Below, piece by piece: positions 26,983 through 35,117 of a DNA stretch of 47,336 bases (position 1 is the stretch's first letter; every line of letters starts with the position of its first letter). The notes below the pieces were generated by a model. It worked only from the letters and a program-made list of their open reading frames with translations, ran no database searches and had not been told where the DNA came from. The position numbers and the translations under genes are program-made. Origin of the DNA: Candidatus Kapaibacterium sp. (GTDB lineage Bacteria; Bacteroidota; Ignavibacteria; OLB7); the NCBI GenBank assembly GCA_050248595.1, contig JBFWSB010000001.1, positions 1 to 47,336 of the forward strand, given 5' to 3'.

Positions 26983-27549
26983 ATGTTATCCCGCGATTTC
27001 TTTCTCCGAGACTCCCTAGCACTCGCCCGTGACCTCCTCGGGTGCATCTTAGAAACCAGAATTGCAGGCTCATACACCTCAGGCCGCATCGTCGAAGTAG
27101 AAGCCTACCGACAGGAAGAACCAGCCAGCCACTGTTACCGTGGAAAAACCGAACGGAATAAGGCGATGTTCCTAAATGGAGGCCGACTTTACGTCTACTT
27201 CATCTACGGAATGCACCACTGCGTGAACATCGTTGCCGGGAGGGAAGGATACGGCGAGGCAGTCCTTTTGCGGGGAATTGAGCCGGTTGAGGGAATTGAG
27301 GTGATGCGAGAACGTCGAGGAACGAAGGTGCGCGACCGTGATCTGGCAAACGGGCCGGGGAAACTAACCCGAGCACTCGGCATTGGCCCAGAGCATAATG
27401 GACTTGACCTCCTCACCCCTCACTCTCCAATCAAACTCCTGCAAGGGGAGCCGGTTCCGAACCGAATGGTGGAGACAACCCCAAGAGTTGGTATCTCGAA
27501 AGCTGTGGAGCTGCCTTGGAGGTGGATTATCCGCAAAGATTTGGATTAA
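26983..27549 (+). CDS. mpg: DNA-3-methyladenine glycosylase (Mpg/AAG family)
   Basis: GRIVEVEAYRQEEPASHCYRGKTERNKAMFLNGGRLYVYFIYGMHHCVNIV and GPGKLTRALGI are the family signature blocks. Confidence 0.9.
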   Translation: MLSRDFFLRDSLALARDLLGCILETRIAGSYTSGRIVEVEAYRQEEPASHCYRGKTERNKAMFLNGGRLYVYFIYGMHHCVNIVAGREGYGEAVLLRGIEPVEGIEVMRERRGTKVRDRDLANGPGKLTRALGIGPEHNGLDLLTPHSPIKLLQGEPVPNRMVETTPRVGISKAVELPWRWIIRKDLD

Positions 27550-27563
27550 CTCTCAGCGTTCTC

Positions 27564-28934
27564 CTACAACCCATACTTCTTCATCAACTCGTACATGGTC
27601 GAGCGGCTGACTTGCAGACGGGTTGCTGCTTCGCGGATGTTGCCGTCGGTGATCTCCAGTGCGTGCCGCACCGCTTGCTCTTTCAGTTCTTCGAGAGGAA
27701 CGATTTCGTGTAGCTCGTCGAAAATTGATGGTTGGGGAAGGTCAACAGATTCTCCATCTGCAAAGGCTTGAATGGTGAGGGGAAGGTCTTCTGGCGTAAT
27801 TGTTTCTCCCTCACAGAGGAGAACAGCACGCTCTATTGCACTCTCCAACTCCCGTACATTTCCGGGCCAGGGATAGTTGTGAATCATCTTCAGTGCCGAC
27901 CGGGCAAAGCCCCCCACCTTCTTCTTCTCACGCTCGGTAAACTTCACCAAGAAGTGCTCGGCAAGCAGGAGGATATCGGAGCGGCGAGCGCGAAGGGGAG
28001 GCAATTGAATTGGGAAGACTGCGAGGCGATAGTAGAGGTCTTCGCGGAACGTTCCAGCTCGCGAGGCTTTCAGCAAATCGCGGTTGGTTGCCGAGATGAT
28101 CCGAACGTCCGCCTCCATCGTCTGGTTCCCCCCCACTCGCTCAAACTGCCGTTCCTGAATTGCGCGAAGCAACTTCGCCTGCAAGTTTACTTCCATCTCT
28201 CCAATCTCATCTAAGAAGAGCGTTCCACCATTTGCCCCCTCAAACTTCCCGATCTTCTTCTCAACCGCGCCGGTAAAGGCTCCCTTCTCGTGACCGAACA
28301 TCTCACTCTCCAACAAATCTTTCGGGATCGCTGCACAGTTCACTGCAACGAACGGCCCCTCACTCCGCTTTCCACTGTAGTGAATGGCTCTGGCAATCAC
28401 CTCCTTTCCGGTTCCACTCTCACCTTGAATTAAGACTGAGATGTCACTCCCCTTCGCTTTGTCGACGAGACGTAGAACGGGATCCATTGCACTATCCTGC
28501 GTTACAACGGTTGCGTAGTGGCTCTTCGAGACAAGCTGGCGAAGTTCTCCAACCTCACGTTTCAGTCGGTGCAATTCCAGTCCATTTCGGACAGCATTCT
28601 CCAACTTCGTTAGGTCGATTGTCTTCGGGAAGTAGTCGATTGCACCAAGCTTCAGCGTTTCCACAGCTACCTCAATCTGTCCCTGCGCCGAGAGCATAAT
28701 CACCGGCATGTCGGGGACTCGACCTTTGATCTCTCGGAGCGCATCCACACCACTCATGCCGGGGAGCATAATGTCTAAGATTATAAGGTCGGGTTGTTGA
28801 TCTAAGGCCTCAAGACATGATTCTGCATCGCCGAACTGCTCCATTCGATAACCCCACTTGGTCACCAACCAGTGTTCGAGCAGACGGCGGATCGGCAGCT
28901 CATCGTCAACAACATATATCAGTGCAGTTTGCAT
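27564..28934 (-). CDS. Sigma-54-dependent response regulator (NtrC-type enhancer-binding protein: REC + AAA+ + Fis-type HTH)
   Basis: Receiver DLIILDIMLPGMSGVD, Walker A GESGTGKEV, sigma-54 contact loop EKGAFTGA, Walker B TLFLDEIGE, and C-terminal HTH REAATRLQVSRSTMYELMKKYGL. Confidence 0.92.
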   Translation of the reverse strand: MQTALIYVVDDELPIRRLLEHWLVTKWGYRMEQFGDAESCLEALDQQPDLIILDIMLPGMSGVDALREIKGRVPDMPVIMLSAQGQIEVAVETLKLGAIDYFPKTIDLTKLENAVRNGLELHRLKREVGELRQLVSKSHYATVVTQDSAMDPVLRLVDKAKGSDISVLIQGESGTGKEVIARAIHYSGKRSEGPFVAVNCAAIPKDLLESEMFGHEKGAFTGAVEKKIGKFEGANGGTLFLDEIGEMEVNLQAKLLRAIQERQFERVGGNQTMEADVRIISATNRDLLKASRAGTFREDLYYRLAVFPIQLPPLRARRSDILLLAEHFLVKFTEREKKKVGGFARSALKMIHNYPWPGNVRELESAIERAVLLCEGETITPEDLPLTIQAFADGESVDLPQPSIFDELHEIVPLEELKEQAVRHALEITDGNIREAATRLQVSRSTMYELMKKYGL

Positions 28935-29059
28935 AGTGGGGACGGTTCTTTATTGAGAGTTCAACACAGGCTCTGCGTAGTGATAGCTATTCTTCTCTTG
29001 TCAGTAACAACATAGAGTCTTCCCCTACCTCGATTTTTCTATCTTCCAGCTCTTACCTT

Positions 29060-29440
29060 CTACTTGTCTTTTCCAACCAACCCCTCCAACATCTCTACCA
29101 ATTTGGCCACATCGAAAGGCTTCGTCAGGTAGACATCGGCTCCGGCCTTCAAGCCAGCTTCCATATCGACATGTTGAGCACGGGAGGAGAGAAGAATGTA
29201 GGGAATATCACGCAGGCGTTCCTCTTCCTTCGCCCACCGGCACAACTCGATTCCATCAATGCCCGACATCATCACATCAGAGCAGATCACATCAAAGCGT
29301 TGTTCTTCAAGCAGACTCTTCCCCTCCAGTCCGTTCGAGGCCATCGTTACCTCGAAACCTGCACGCGACAGGTGATGGCGCAGGAGGATCTGCATACTCG
29401 GCTCATCTTCAACAATCAGTACTTGAGGATTAGTTATCAT
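29060..29440 (-). CDS. Single-domain response regulator (receiver only)
   Basis: 126 aa: VLIVEDEPSM, phospho-acceptor context DVICSDVMMSGIDG, and KAGADVYLTKPF. Confidence 0.9.
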   Translation of the reverse strand: MITNPQVLIVEDEPSMQILLRHHLSRAGFEVTMASNGLEGKSLLEEQRFDVICSDVMMSGIDGIELCRWAKEEERLRDIPYILLSSRAQHVDMEAGLKAGADVYLTKPFDVAKLVEMLEGLVGKDK

Positions 29441-29542
29441 GATGTTGGAACTCAGTTACGTCCCCCCTCCTCTCTTGACCGCATCTCTCACTCAACAAGT
29501 GAAAAGCGAATGACAGAAGGCACAAAGAGAAGGGAACGGTTA

Positions 29543-31867
29543 TCAGTGCTTGGGAATTCTCACTCTAAAAGTCGATCCCTGTTCCGGCTGGCTCTCTACC
29601 TCGATGCTCCCACCATGTAGTTCCACCAACTGCTTTACAATTGCCAGACCAAGTCCAGTCCCTCGGATCTCAAGTCCGGGACGGCGCACACGGTAGAACT
29701 TTTCGAAGAGGTGGGGAATATCGTCGTGAGGGATACCAAGTCCAGTGTCGGCAACAGAAATCTCTATCTCGTCCTCTCCTCCACTATCCCCCTTCACAGA
29801 ACCAGCGCGAAGATCAATCCTTCCTCCCGAAGGAGTAAACTTCACGGCATTGCCCAGAAGGTTCACAACAATCTGCGTCATCCTATCGGGATCGAACGAC
29901 GCCGACAGCTCCCCCTCACTAAAAGAATTTTCCAGTTGAATTCCCTTCTTCTCTGCCTGCATCGCCACCGACTGAAGGGCGCGGTTAAGGAGCGGAACCA
30001 GATCGCTCTCCTTCCGCTCCAGCTCTACTCGTCCACTTTCGATGCGGGCAATGTCGAGCAGGTCATTAATTAACTTCGCTAAGCGTCCCCCTTCATCGTA
30101 GATGATCTGCAAGAACTCGGTTCGGGTCTCCGTCGGCAAATCGGGATCAATCATCAACGTCTGGGCAAAACCGATAATCGAAGCTAAGGGGGTGCGGAGT
30201 TCGTGAGAGACGCTGGAGACGAACTCGTTTTTCATCGCGTTCAACTCCTCTAACACGCGCACATGTTCCTTCTCGCGATCTCGCTCAATCTTCAGCAAAC
30301 GATTCGTCTCCTTTAACTCCTCGTTCAGCTCCCTGATACTCTCCTCTGCTCTCTTCCGCTCAGTGTCATCCCGAATGATGCCTGTGAAGTAGATCTGATC
30401 CTCCTCCTTAACCTCGGCAAAAGAGACACTCAGCGGAACTTCGTGCCCATCTCTGTGAAGTCCCGGAAGCTCCAGTGCCTGCCACGAGAGGTGTTTTACT
30501 CCAGTCTCCACATACCGTTCCAGTGCTTTCCTATGAAGGTGCCGAAGATATTCTGGCATCAACATCTCCAAGCTCTTCCCGAGCACTTCTTCCTCTTCAT
30601 ATCCGAAGATGGTTGCAGTAGCTCGATTAGCAAACAGGATAGTGCTCTGTTGATTGACCGTGATAATTGCATCACTTGCAGTTTCAGCCAACAGGCGGAA
30701 GCGTTCCTCACTCTCACGCAACGCATCTTCGGCCCTCTTACGCTCGGTGATGTCGCGGTAGTGCCAGAGATGTCCTTGATAGATTTCATCAATAAAGATT
30801 GGCACGTAGTCCCGCTCCAACACTGTGCCGTCGGCCATGCAAACCTCTTCGGCAACAACCTTGGTGCGGTTGGCCAGAATATCATCGATCCTGCGGACGA
30901 AGAGCTCAGGCTCAGCGAATAGCGACTTAGAGTCTTCCGCTGCCCCGGCACAGTCGGCACCAATTAGAACGCCGGGGGGAGCAGGAATCCGAAACATATC
31001 GCAGAAGGGCTGATTCAGGATTGCGATGTGACGCCTCTCATCTTCTACTAACACTCCCCCCTCTAAATTCTCAACAAGTGCGCCGAGTCGTGATGAGATC
31101 GCCCGAAGTTCATCTTCAACACGCTTCCTGTCGCTGATGTTGCGGGCAGTTGTGTGAATCTCGTAAACCGCTCCCGTCTCAGAGTCAACAAGTGGATGAG
31201 CCGAGGTCTCGAACCAGAGATATTCTCCCGAGATGTTGTGCTTGATTCTGGCAGAGAGGACGAAACGCCTTCCTCGACTCACGTTCAGCAGCAACGCGCG
31301 TTGCACTCGGGCTTGATCCTCCGGGTGCATAATGTCGTAGGCAGTTCTCCCGATTAGGTCATCGGGACGATAGCCTAACAGTGGCGTGCAGGATGGGGAG
31401 ACATAACGACAAATACCGTCGGCATCGTAGCGGACAATCATATCGGAGGCATTCTCGGCAAGAAACCGGAAGCGCTCTTCACTTTGCTGAAGCAATTCCT
31501 CAGCTTCGCGCCGAAGTTCAATTTGCTCGCGCAACGTGTCGGCAATCTGAAGGAGCCTCTCTCCCTCATCCTCTTCACTCTCGGTTGGCCTCTCTAAGTT
31601 CAGTGCTGAGAATGATTGGTGTAGCTTTTCCAAGAGAAGGAGTTGCCGTTCTCTCTCCTGCCATAGTTTCCGATTTGCTGCTAACAGTTCGCCGGAACTG
31701 AGGTCCATTGAACGTTCAATCAACTTCCGATCGACTTCGAAGTGATCGTACGATTCGCTGATCGCCTGCATCAACGGTTGAAGTTCGGGGGGAATAGTCT
31801 TCCCCTCGGCATACTTCCGAAGCTGACGCTCCAACAGAGAGTTATAGGTTCCGCCGTTTTGGTTCAT
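29543..31867 (-). CDS. Cytoplasmic multi-PAS sensor histidine kinase
   Basis: N-terminal coiled coil, three PAS-like repeats (each followed by RDITERKRAEE-type linkers), H-box SVSHELRTPLASIIGF, N-box NLLGNAVKFT, and G-boxes DTGLGI / GTGLGLAIVK. No TM segments were seen. Confidence 0.9.
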   Translation of the reverse strand: MNQNGGTYNSLLERQLRKYAEGKTIPPELQPLMQAISESYDHFEVDRKLIERSMDLSSGELLAANRKLWQERERQLLLLEKLHQSFSALNLERPTESEEDEGERLLQIADTLREQIELRREAEELLQQSEERFRFLAENASDMIVRYDADGICRYVSPSCTPLLGYRPDDLIGRTAYDIMHPEDQARVQRALLLNVSRGRRFVLSARIKHNISGEYLWFETSAHPLVDSETGAVYEIHTTARNISDRKRVEDELRAISSRLGALVENLEGGVLVEDERRHIAILNQPFCDMFRIPAPPGVLIGADCAGAAEDSKSLFAEPELFVRRIDDILANRTKVVAEEVCMADGTVLERDYVPIFIDEIYQGHLWHYRDITERKRAEDALRESEERFRLLAETASDAIITVNQQSTILFANRATATIFGYEEEEVLGKSLEMLMPEYLRHLHRKALERYVETGVKHLSWQALELPGLHRDGHEVPLSVSFAEVKEEDQIYFTGIIRDDTERKRAEESIRELNEELKETNRLLKIERDREKEHVRVLEELNAMKNEFVSSVSHELRTPLASIIGFAQTLMIDPDLPTETRTEFLQIIYDEGGRLAKLINDLLDIARIESGRVELERKESDLVPLLNRALQSVAMQAEKKGIQLENSFSEGELSASFDPDRMTQIVVNLLGNAVKFTPSGGRIDLRAGSVKGDSGGEDEIEISVADTGLGIPHDDIPHLFEKFYRVRRPGLEIRGTGLGLAIVKQLVELHGGSIEVESQPEQGSTFRVRIPKH

Positions 31868-33015
31868 CGTTCGGAAAAAGTGGTAATCGTCATCGTCTGA
31901 TTGTGAAGCTCACAACGAGGAGAATCGATAAGTGGAGATATTTCACCATACGAATAGAAGCCTGTGATTGCTGTCCCCTCACCCAACCGCTGGCCAACAG
32001 CCTCCACCTCTTCCTCGGCACGTCCTGCCAACACTAATTTTCTACCGACGCAACTGACGAGGAGAGCAAGTTCCGGCTGTACCGATCCGAGTGTTTCGTA
32101 GCTGAGGTCGGCAGCGGTGGAGGCTCCGTCGATCAGTCGATCAAAGTTTGCCTTCATCAGGCGAGCGTAGGCTCCCTGCGGAACGTCACCGGCGAAGATC
32201 ATCGACTCCTCTTCATCATCAATGGAGAGGATTGTTCGGACAACAGATTCCCCCATCTCTGAATCACGAATGCTTAGAGGGAAACGGAGTGCCGAGCCGG
32301 GAAGCTCGTCGGCAAGTTCGCCGAGGTATTGTTTGTAAAGACCGAGTGCCGACTGTCCATCCAGTTCGTAGAGAACATTCTTTTGGGATCGAGTGACGAT
32401 GCGGTCGGGACCGAACGAATCCCACCCACCAATCGAACCATATCCAACTCTGAGTGATTCTCCATAGAAACTGATGGCGACGATATTCCCCTCTGCGGGG
32501 GGAGCATCCAGCCCAACCAACGTTTTCTGGAATCGATCACTGTCGCCGGCAAGGCCACCGGTAATTGGCGCAGCCCCCATCAGCCCACGCGAGATACCGT
32601 TAATCAACTCGCTGCCGTTCACATGCTGTCCGTCGGAGATCACCATCAGGTGAACAAGACTCTCCCGAGAGATACTCTTGACTAAAGCCATGCCAGCAGA
32701 ATCACTTTCGTGGAATCCGGAGATGTTGGTGGAGGTAATTGAGAACTTTGACTTCTCAAATTTGATTGCCGTAACCACAATCGTGTTATCGTAGACGTTC
32801 TCCCCTAAAATCTCTCCGGCTGTAGAGCAGGTAATGATGCGCGCGTTCGGGTAGAAGTCTCGTATTTCGTGGAACCGCTCCGAGGTCTCCAGCTCTTCTC
32901 GTGCACCGAAGGCAAAGACAAGCTCATAAGAACTTTGCGAGATTGCTTCTTCTCCTCCTCTTTCTACTTCCTTCCAACCTTCGGTTGAAGACCAGAGCCG
33001 TTGTTGAATGTGCAT
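31864..33015 (-). CDS. FIST-domain sensory protein (FIST_N + FIST_C)
   Basis: 383 aa, soluble. The pattern (LVFAFGA..., ITCSTAGEI, GGLAGD, ...ITGFYSYGEISP) is typical of FIST/FIST_C. Its stop overlaps the kinase start (31864-31867), implying translational coupling. Confidence 0.78.
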   Translation of the reverse strand: MHIQQRLWSSTEGWKEVERGGEEAISQSSYELVFAFGAREELETSERFHEIRDFYPNARIITCSTAGEILGENVYDNTIVVTAIKFEKSKFSITSTNISGFHESDSAGMALVKSISRESLVHLMVISDGQHVNGSELINGISRGLMGAAPITGGLAGDSDRFQKTLVGLDAPPAEGNIVAISFYGESLRVGYGSIGGWDSFGPDRIVTRSQKNVLYELDGQSALGLYKQYLGELADELPGSALRFPLSIRDSEMGESVVRTILSIDDEEESMIFAGDVPQGAYARLMKANFDRLIDGASTAADLSYETLGSVQPELALLVSCVGRKLVLAGRAEEEVEAVGQRLGEGTAITGFYSYGEISPLIDSPRCELHNQTMTITTFSER

Positions 33016-33331
33016 GATCTATCTATTTCTGCGTAAAGTCTTTCAATCAGTTCAGTATAGGTTCTGAGATGAATCACGTATCAAAACGAACTGCTTCTCT
33101 CTCCCTTCTTCAGGAAAGTACCAGACCTGTTCGCTCGATTCATCGAAGATAAAATAATACCCCCGACCATACCCGACCACGTGACCTCATTACTCTCGAT
33201 AGAAGTGAACCGCTGATACTATGCGACCGTGAATATAACGGATAATGCCTTTTACTATCTGCACGAATCCCCTTCCCCCTTTTACGAAGCCTTCTATTCC
33301 CACTTACGAGTGCGGGCGCAGAACCCAGCAT

Positions 33332-33366
33332 TGTCCGATTCCCGGAATCTGTCCGATAACCGGACA
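33332..33366 (+). promoter_or_regulatory. Two tandem palindromes TGTCCG-N5-CGGA (candidate enhancer/UAS for the adjacent EBP)
   Basis: TGTCCGATTCCCGGAA (33332-33347) and TGTCCGATAACCGGACA (33350-33366). The TCCG-N5-CGGA cores are 18 bp apart and lie about 60-90 bp upstream of the -24/-12 element. Confidence 0.4.
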
Positions 33367-33419
33367 CTTTTCAGAAGTCCCGACCTTCGTTTTTAGGCTT
33401 TTTTCCCACTTTCTAACCT

Positions 33420-33436
33420 TCGGCACGCAGATTGGA
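33420..33436 (+). promoter_or_regulatory. Candidate sigma-54 (-24/-12) promoter of the DUF4402 pilin gene
   Basis: TCGGCACGCAGATTGGA versus consensus TGGCACG-N4-TTGCW. The GG and the TTG are correctly spaced, with mismatches at the first T and the last C. It lies about 70 nt upstream of the ATG at 33506, which has a GGAGGT Shine-Dalgarno. A GAFTGA-containing EBP is encoded divergently. Confidence 0.55.
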
Positions 33437-33505
33437 GTATCTCTTTCCAAACGGCAAAACGCCAAGTATCAATAACCACAATTCAATTATCTGGAGGTAT
33501 CCAAA

Positions 33506-34036
33506 ATGAAAAAGCAAATCAACTACCGCACGCTCTTCTTCTCGGCAGCTCTCGCAATCGCCGGAATGTTTGCTCTGAACACCGCCGCACAGGCACAGAG
33601 CAGTGCTTCGGCCTCAGCCGACGCAGAGGCAAAGATCGTCTCCGGCATCTCGCTCGAGAAAGTGCTCGACTTGAACTTCGGCTCTATTGTTCGCTCGGCT
33701 GAAGGTGGAATGGTGACAATCGACCCGAACAGTGGAAACATCTCTTACAGCGGTGTAACGCAAGGACAGAACAGCAACTATCAGGCAGCGCAGTTCGAGA
33801 CGACAGGTGAGGCCGACTATCTCTACTCAATCTCACTGCCAAGCTCCGCAACGCTTAATCGGAATGGTGGGAACGAGACGATGACAGTCACAGACTTCTC
33901 TTACACCGAGGGGGCTGGAACGCTCGACACACAGGGAGCAGAATCCTTCGATGTCGGTGGCACGCTAAACGTCGGCCCGAATCAAGCAACTGGTCGCTAC
34001 ATCGGTTCGTTCGAAGTCTCGGTACAGTATCAATAA
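33506..34036 (+). CDS. DUF4402-family secreted protein (SCPU/CsuA-B-like archaic chaperone-usher pilin)
   Basis: Signal peptide ending AAQAQ; AKIVSGISLEKVLDLNFGSIV; AAQFETTGEADYLYSISLP; MTVTDFSY; FDVGGTLNVGPNQATGRYIGSFEVSVQY. This matches the DUF4402 consensus layout block by block. Confidence 0.85.
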   Translation: MKKQINYRTLFFSAALAIAGMFALNTAAQAQSSASASADAEAKIVSGISLEKVLDLNFGSIVRSAEGGMVTIDPNSGNISYSGVTQGQNSNYQAAQFETTGEADYLYSISLPSSATLNRNGGNETMTVTDFSYTEGAGTLDTQGAESFDVGGTLNVGPNQATGRYIGSFEVSVQYQ

Positions 34037-34065
34037 TCGATCGCAAGGAGGAGAGTGATGAGGGT

Positions 34066-34106
34066 GAGAGGGGCATCAGTGCAGGACTGATAGCCCCTCT
34101 CTTTTG
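34066..34106 (+). terminator. Intrinsic terminator-like hairpin after the pilin gene
   Basis: GAGAGGGGC ATCAG tgcagga CTGAT a GCCCCTCTC (arms 34066-34079 and 34087-34101), followed by TTTT at 34102-34105. Confidence 0.6.
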
Positions 34107-34149
34107 ATCGCGGCTTTTCCCTCCCATGCGGGTGAGCCGCGATCAAAAG
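34101..34149 (+). promoter_or_regulatory. Second 14-bp perfect hairpin whose 5' arm contains the U-tract of the preceding terminator
   Basis: CTTTTGATCGCGGC (34101-34114) pairs with GCCGCGATCAAAAG (34136-34149) across a 21-nt loop. It overlaps the terminator T-run, so the two structures compete for the same bases. Confidence 0.5.
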
Positions 34150-34238
34150 AGAGAAAGAGGAGAGGCAAGGGCAGAGCGGGTCGGAACTACAACTACATCG
34201 TCAATTTTTCCATCACATCTCATACAGTAGGAATCATT

Positions 34239-35087
34239 ATGAAGGCAACGCTGAACGTAGAACGGTTGATCGCTACCACCCTCACTCTTCTGGCCACACT
34301 TCACCTGAGTGCGTCGGCTCAGGGACCAGGTGACCTTCTGGTAACCCCGACGCGAACGCTCTTTGAGGGGGGAAAGCGGAACGAAGTTCTTACCCTGATA
34401 AATCGTGGAAGCGACACGGCAACGTACCGGATGTCGGTACTCCAGTATCGGATGACGAGCGAGGGGAACTTAGAAGTAATCACGACACCGGACGAAGGAC
34501 AACTCTTCGCAACTGATCTGATTCGCTTCTTCCCACGAGAGGTAACGATTCCGCCGGGTGAGACACAGAACGTGCGCGTGCAACTCCGCACGCCTGCCGA
34601 CCTTGCAGATGGAGAATATCGATCCCACCTCTACTTCAGAGCTGTGCCGAAAGTGGAGCCACTGACCGGAGATGAAGACTCTTCTACAACGGAATTCTCG
34701 GTAAAGCTGTCGGCGATCTACGGCGTTTCAATTCCAATGATTGTCCGCAAAGGTGAGCTGGAAGCCTCGGTCACAATGCGCGATCTCACACTCAAATCTG
34801 ATAGTGGTAGAGCATCGGTTAGAATGACCTTCGACCGTCAGGGGAGCAGTTCGGTCTACGGCACAGTCCGCATCTACCACGAGAGCAGTTCGGGAGTGCG
34901 GACGGCAATTGGGGGAATTGGTGGTGTGGCAATCTACACGCCGAACGTTACCCGCTCATTTAGCCTGCCACTCTCTCTACCGGAAGGGATTGATCTGAGT
35001 GAGGGGAGAGTGATCGTGACCTACGAAAGTCAGTCGGAGACCTCTTCAACTCTTTTGACTGAGGGAAGATTGGAGTTGAGTAAGTAG
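34239..35087 (+). CDS. PapD-like periplasmic pilus chaperone
   Basis: Start at MKATLNVERLIATTLTLLATLHLSASAQ (signal peptide); the track ORF extension upstream covers the hairpins. LLVTPTRTLFEGGKRNEVLTLINRGSDTATYRMSV and FFPREVTIPPGETQNVRVQLR...EYRSHLYF follow the two-Ig-domain chaperone pattern. Confidence 0.78.
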   Translation: MKATLNVERLIATTLTLLATLHLSASAQGPGDLLVTPTRTLFEGGKRNEVLTLINRGSDTATYRMSVLQYRMTSEGNLEVITTPDEGQLFATDLIRFFPREVTIPPGETQNVRVQLRTPADLADGEYRSHLYFRAVPKVEPLTGDEDSSTTEFSVKLSAIYGVSIPMIVRKGELEASVTMRDLTLKSDSGRASVRMTFDRQGSSSVYGTVRIYHESSSGVRTAIGGIGGVAIYTPNVTRSFSLPLSLPEGIDLSEGRVIVTYESQSETSSTLLTEGRLELSK

Positions 35088-35117
35088 TACAATCGGCAGC
35101 CCTATCCAGACTTTACC

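Noticed and set aside
34104-34238. Upstream extension of the chaperone ORF (MIAAFPSHAGEPRSKERKRRGKGRAG...)
   Set aside because: It covers the second hairpin (34101-34149) and is highly basic low-complexity sequence. A canonical signal peptide begins at the ATG at 34239.
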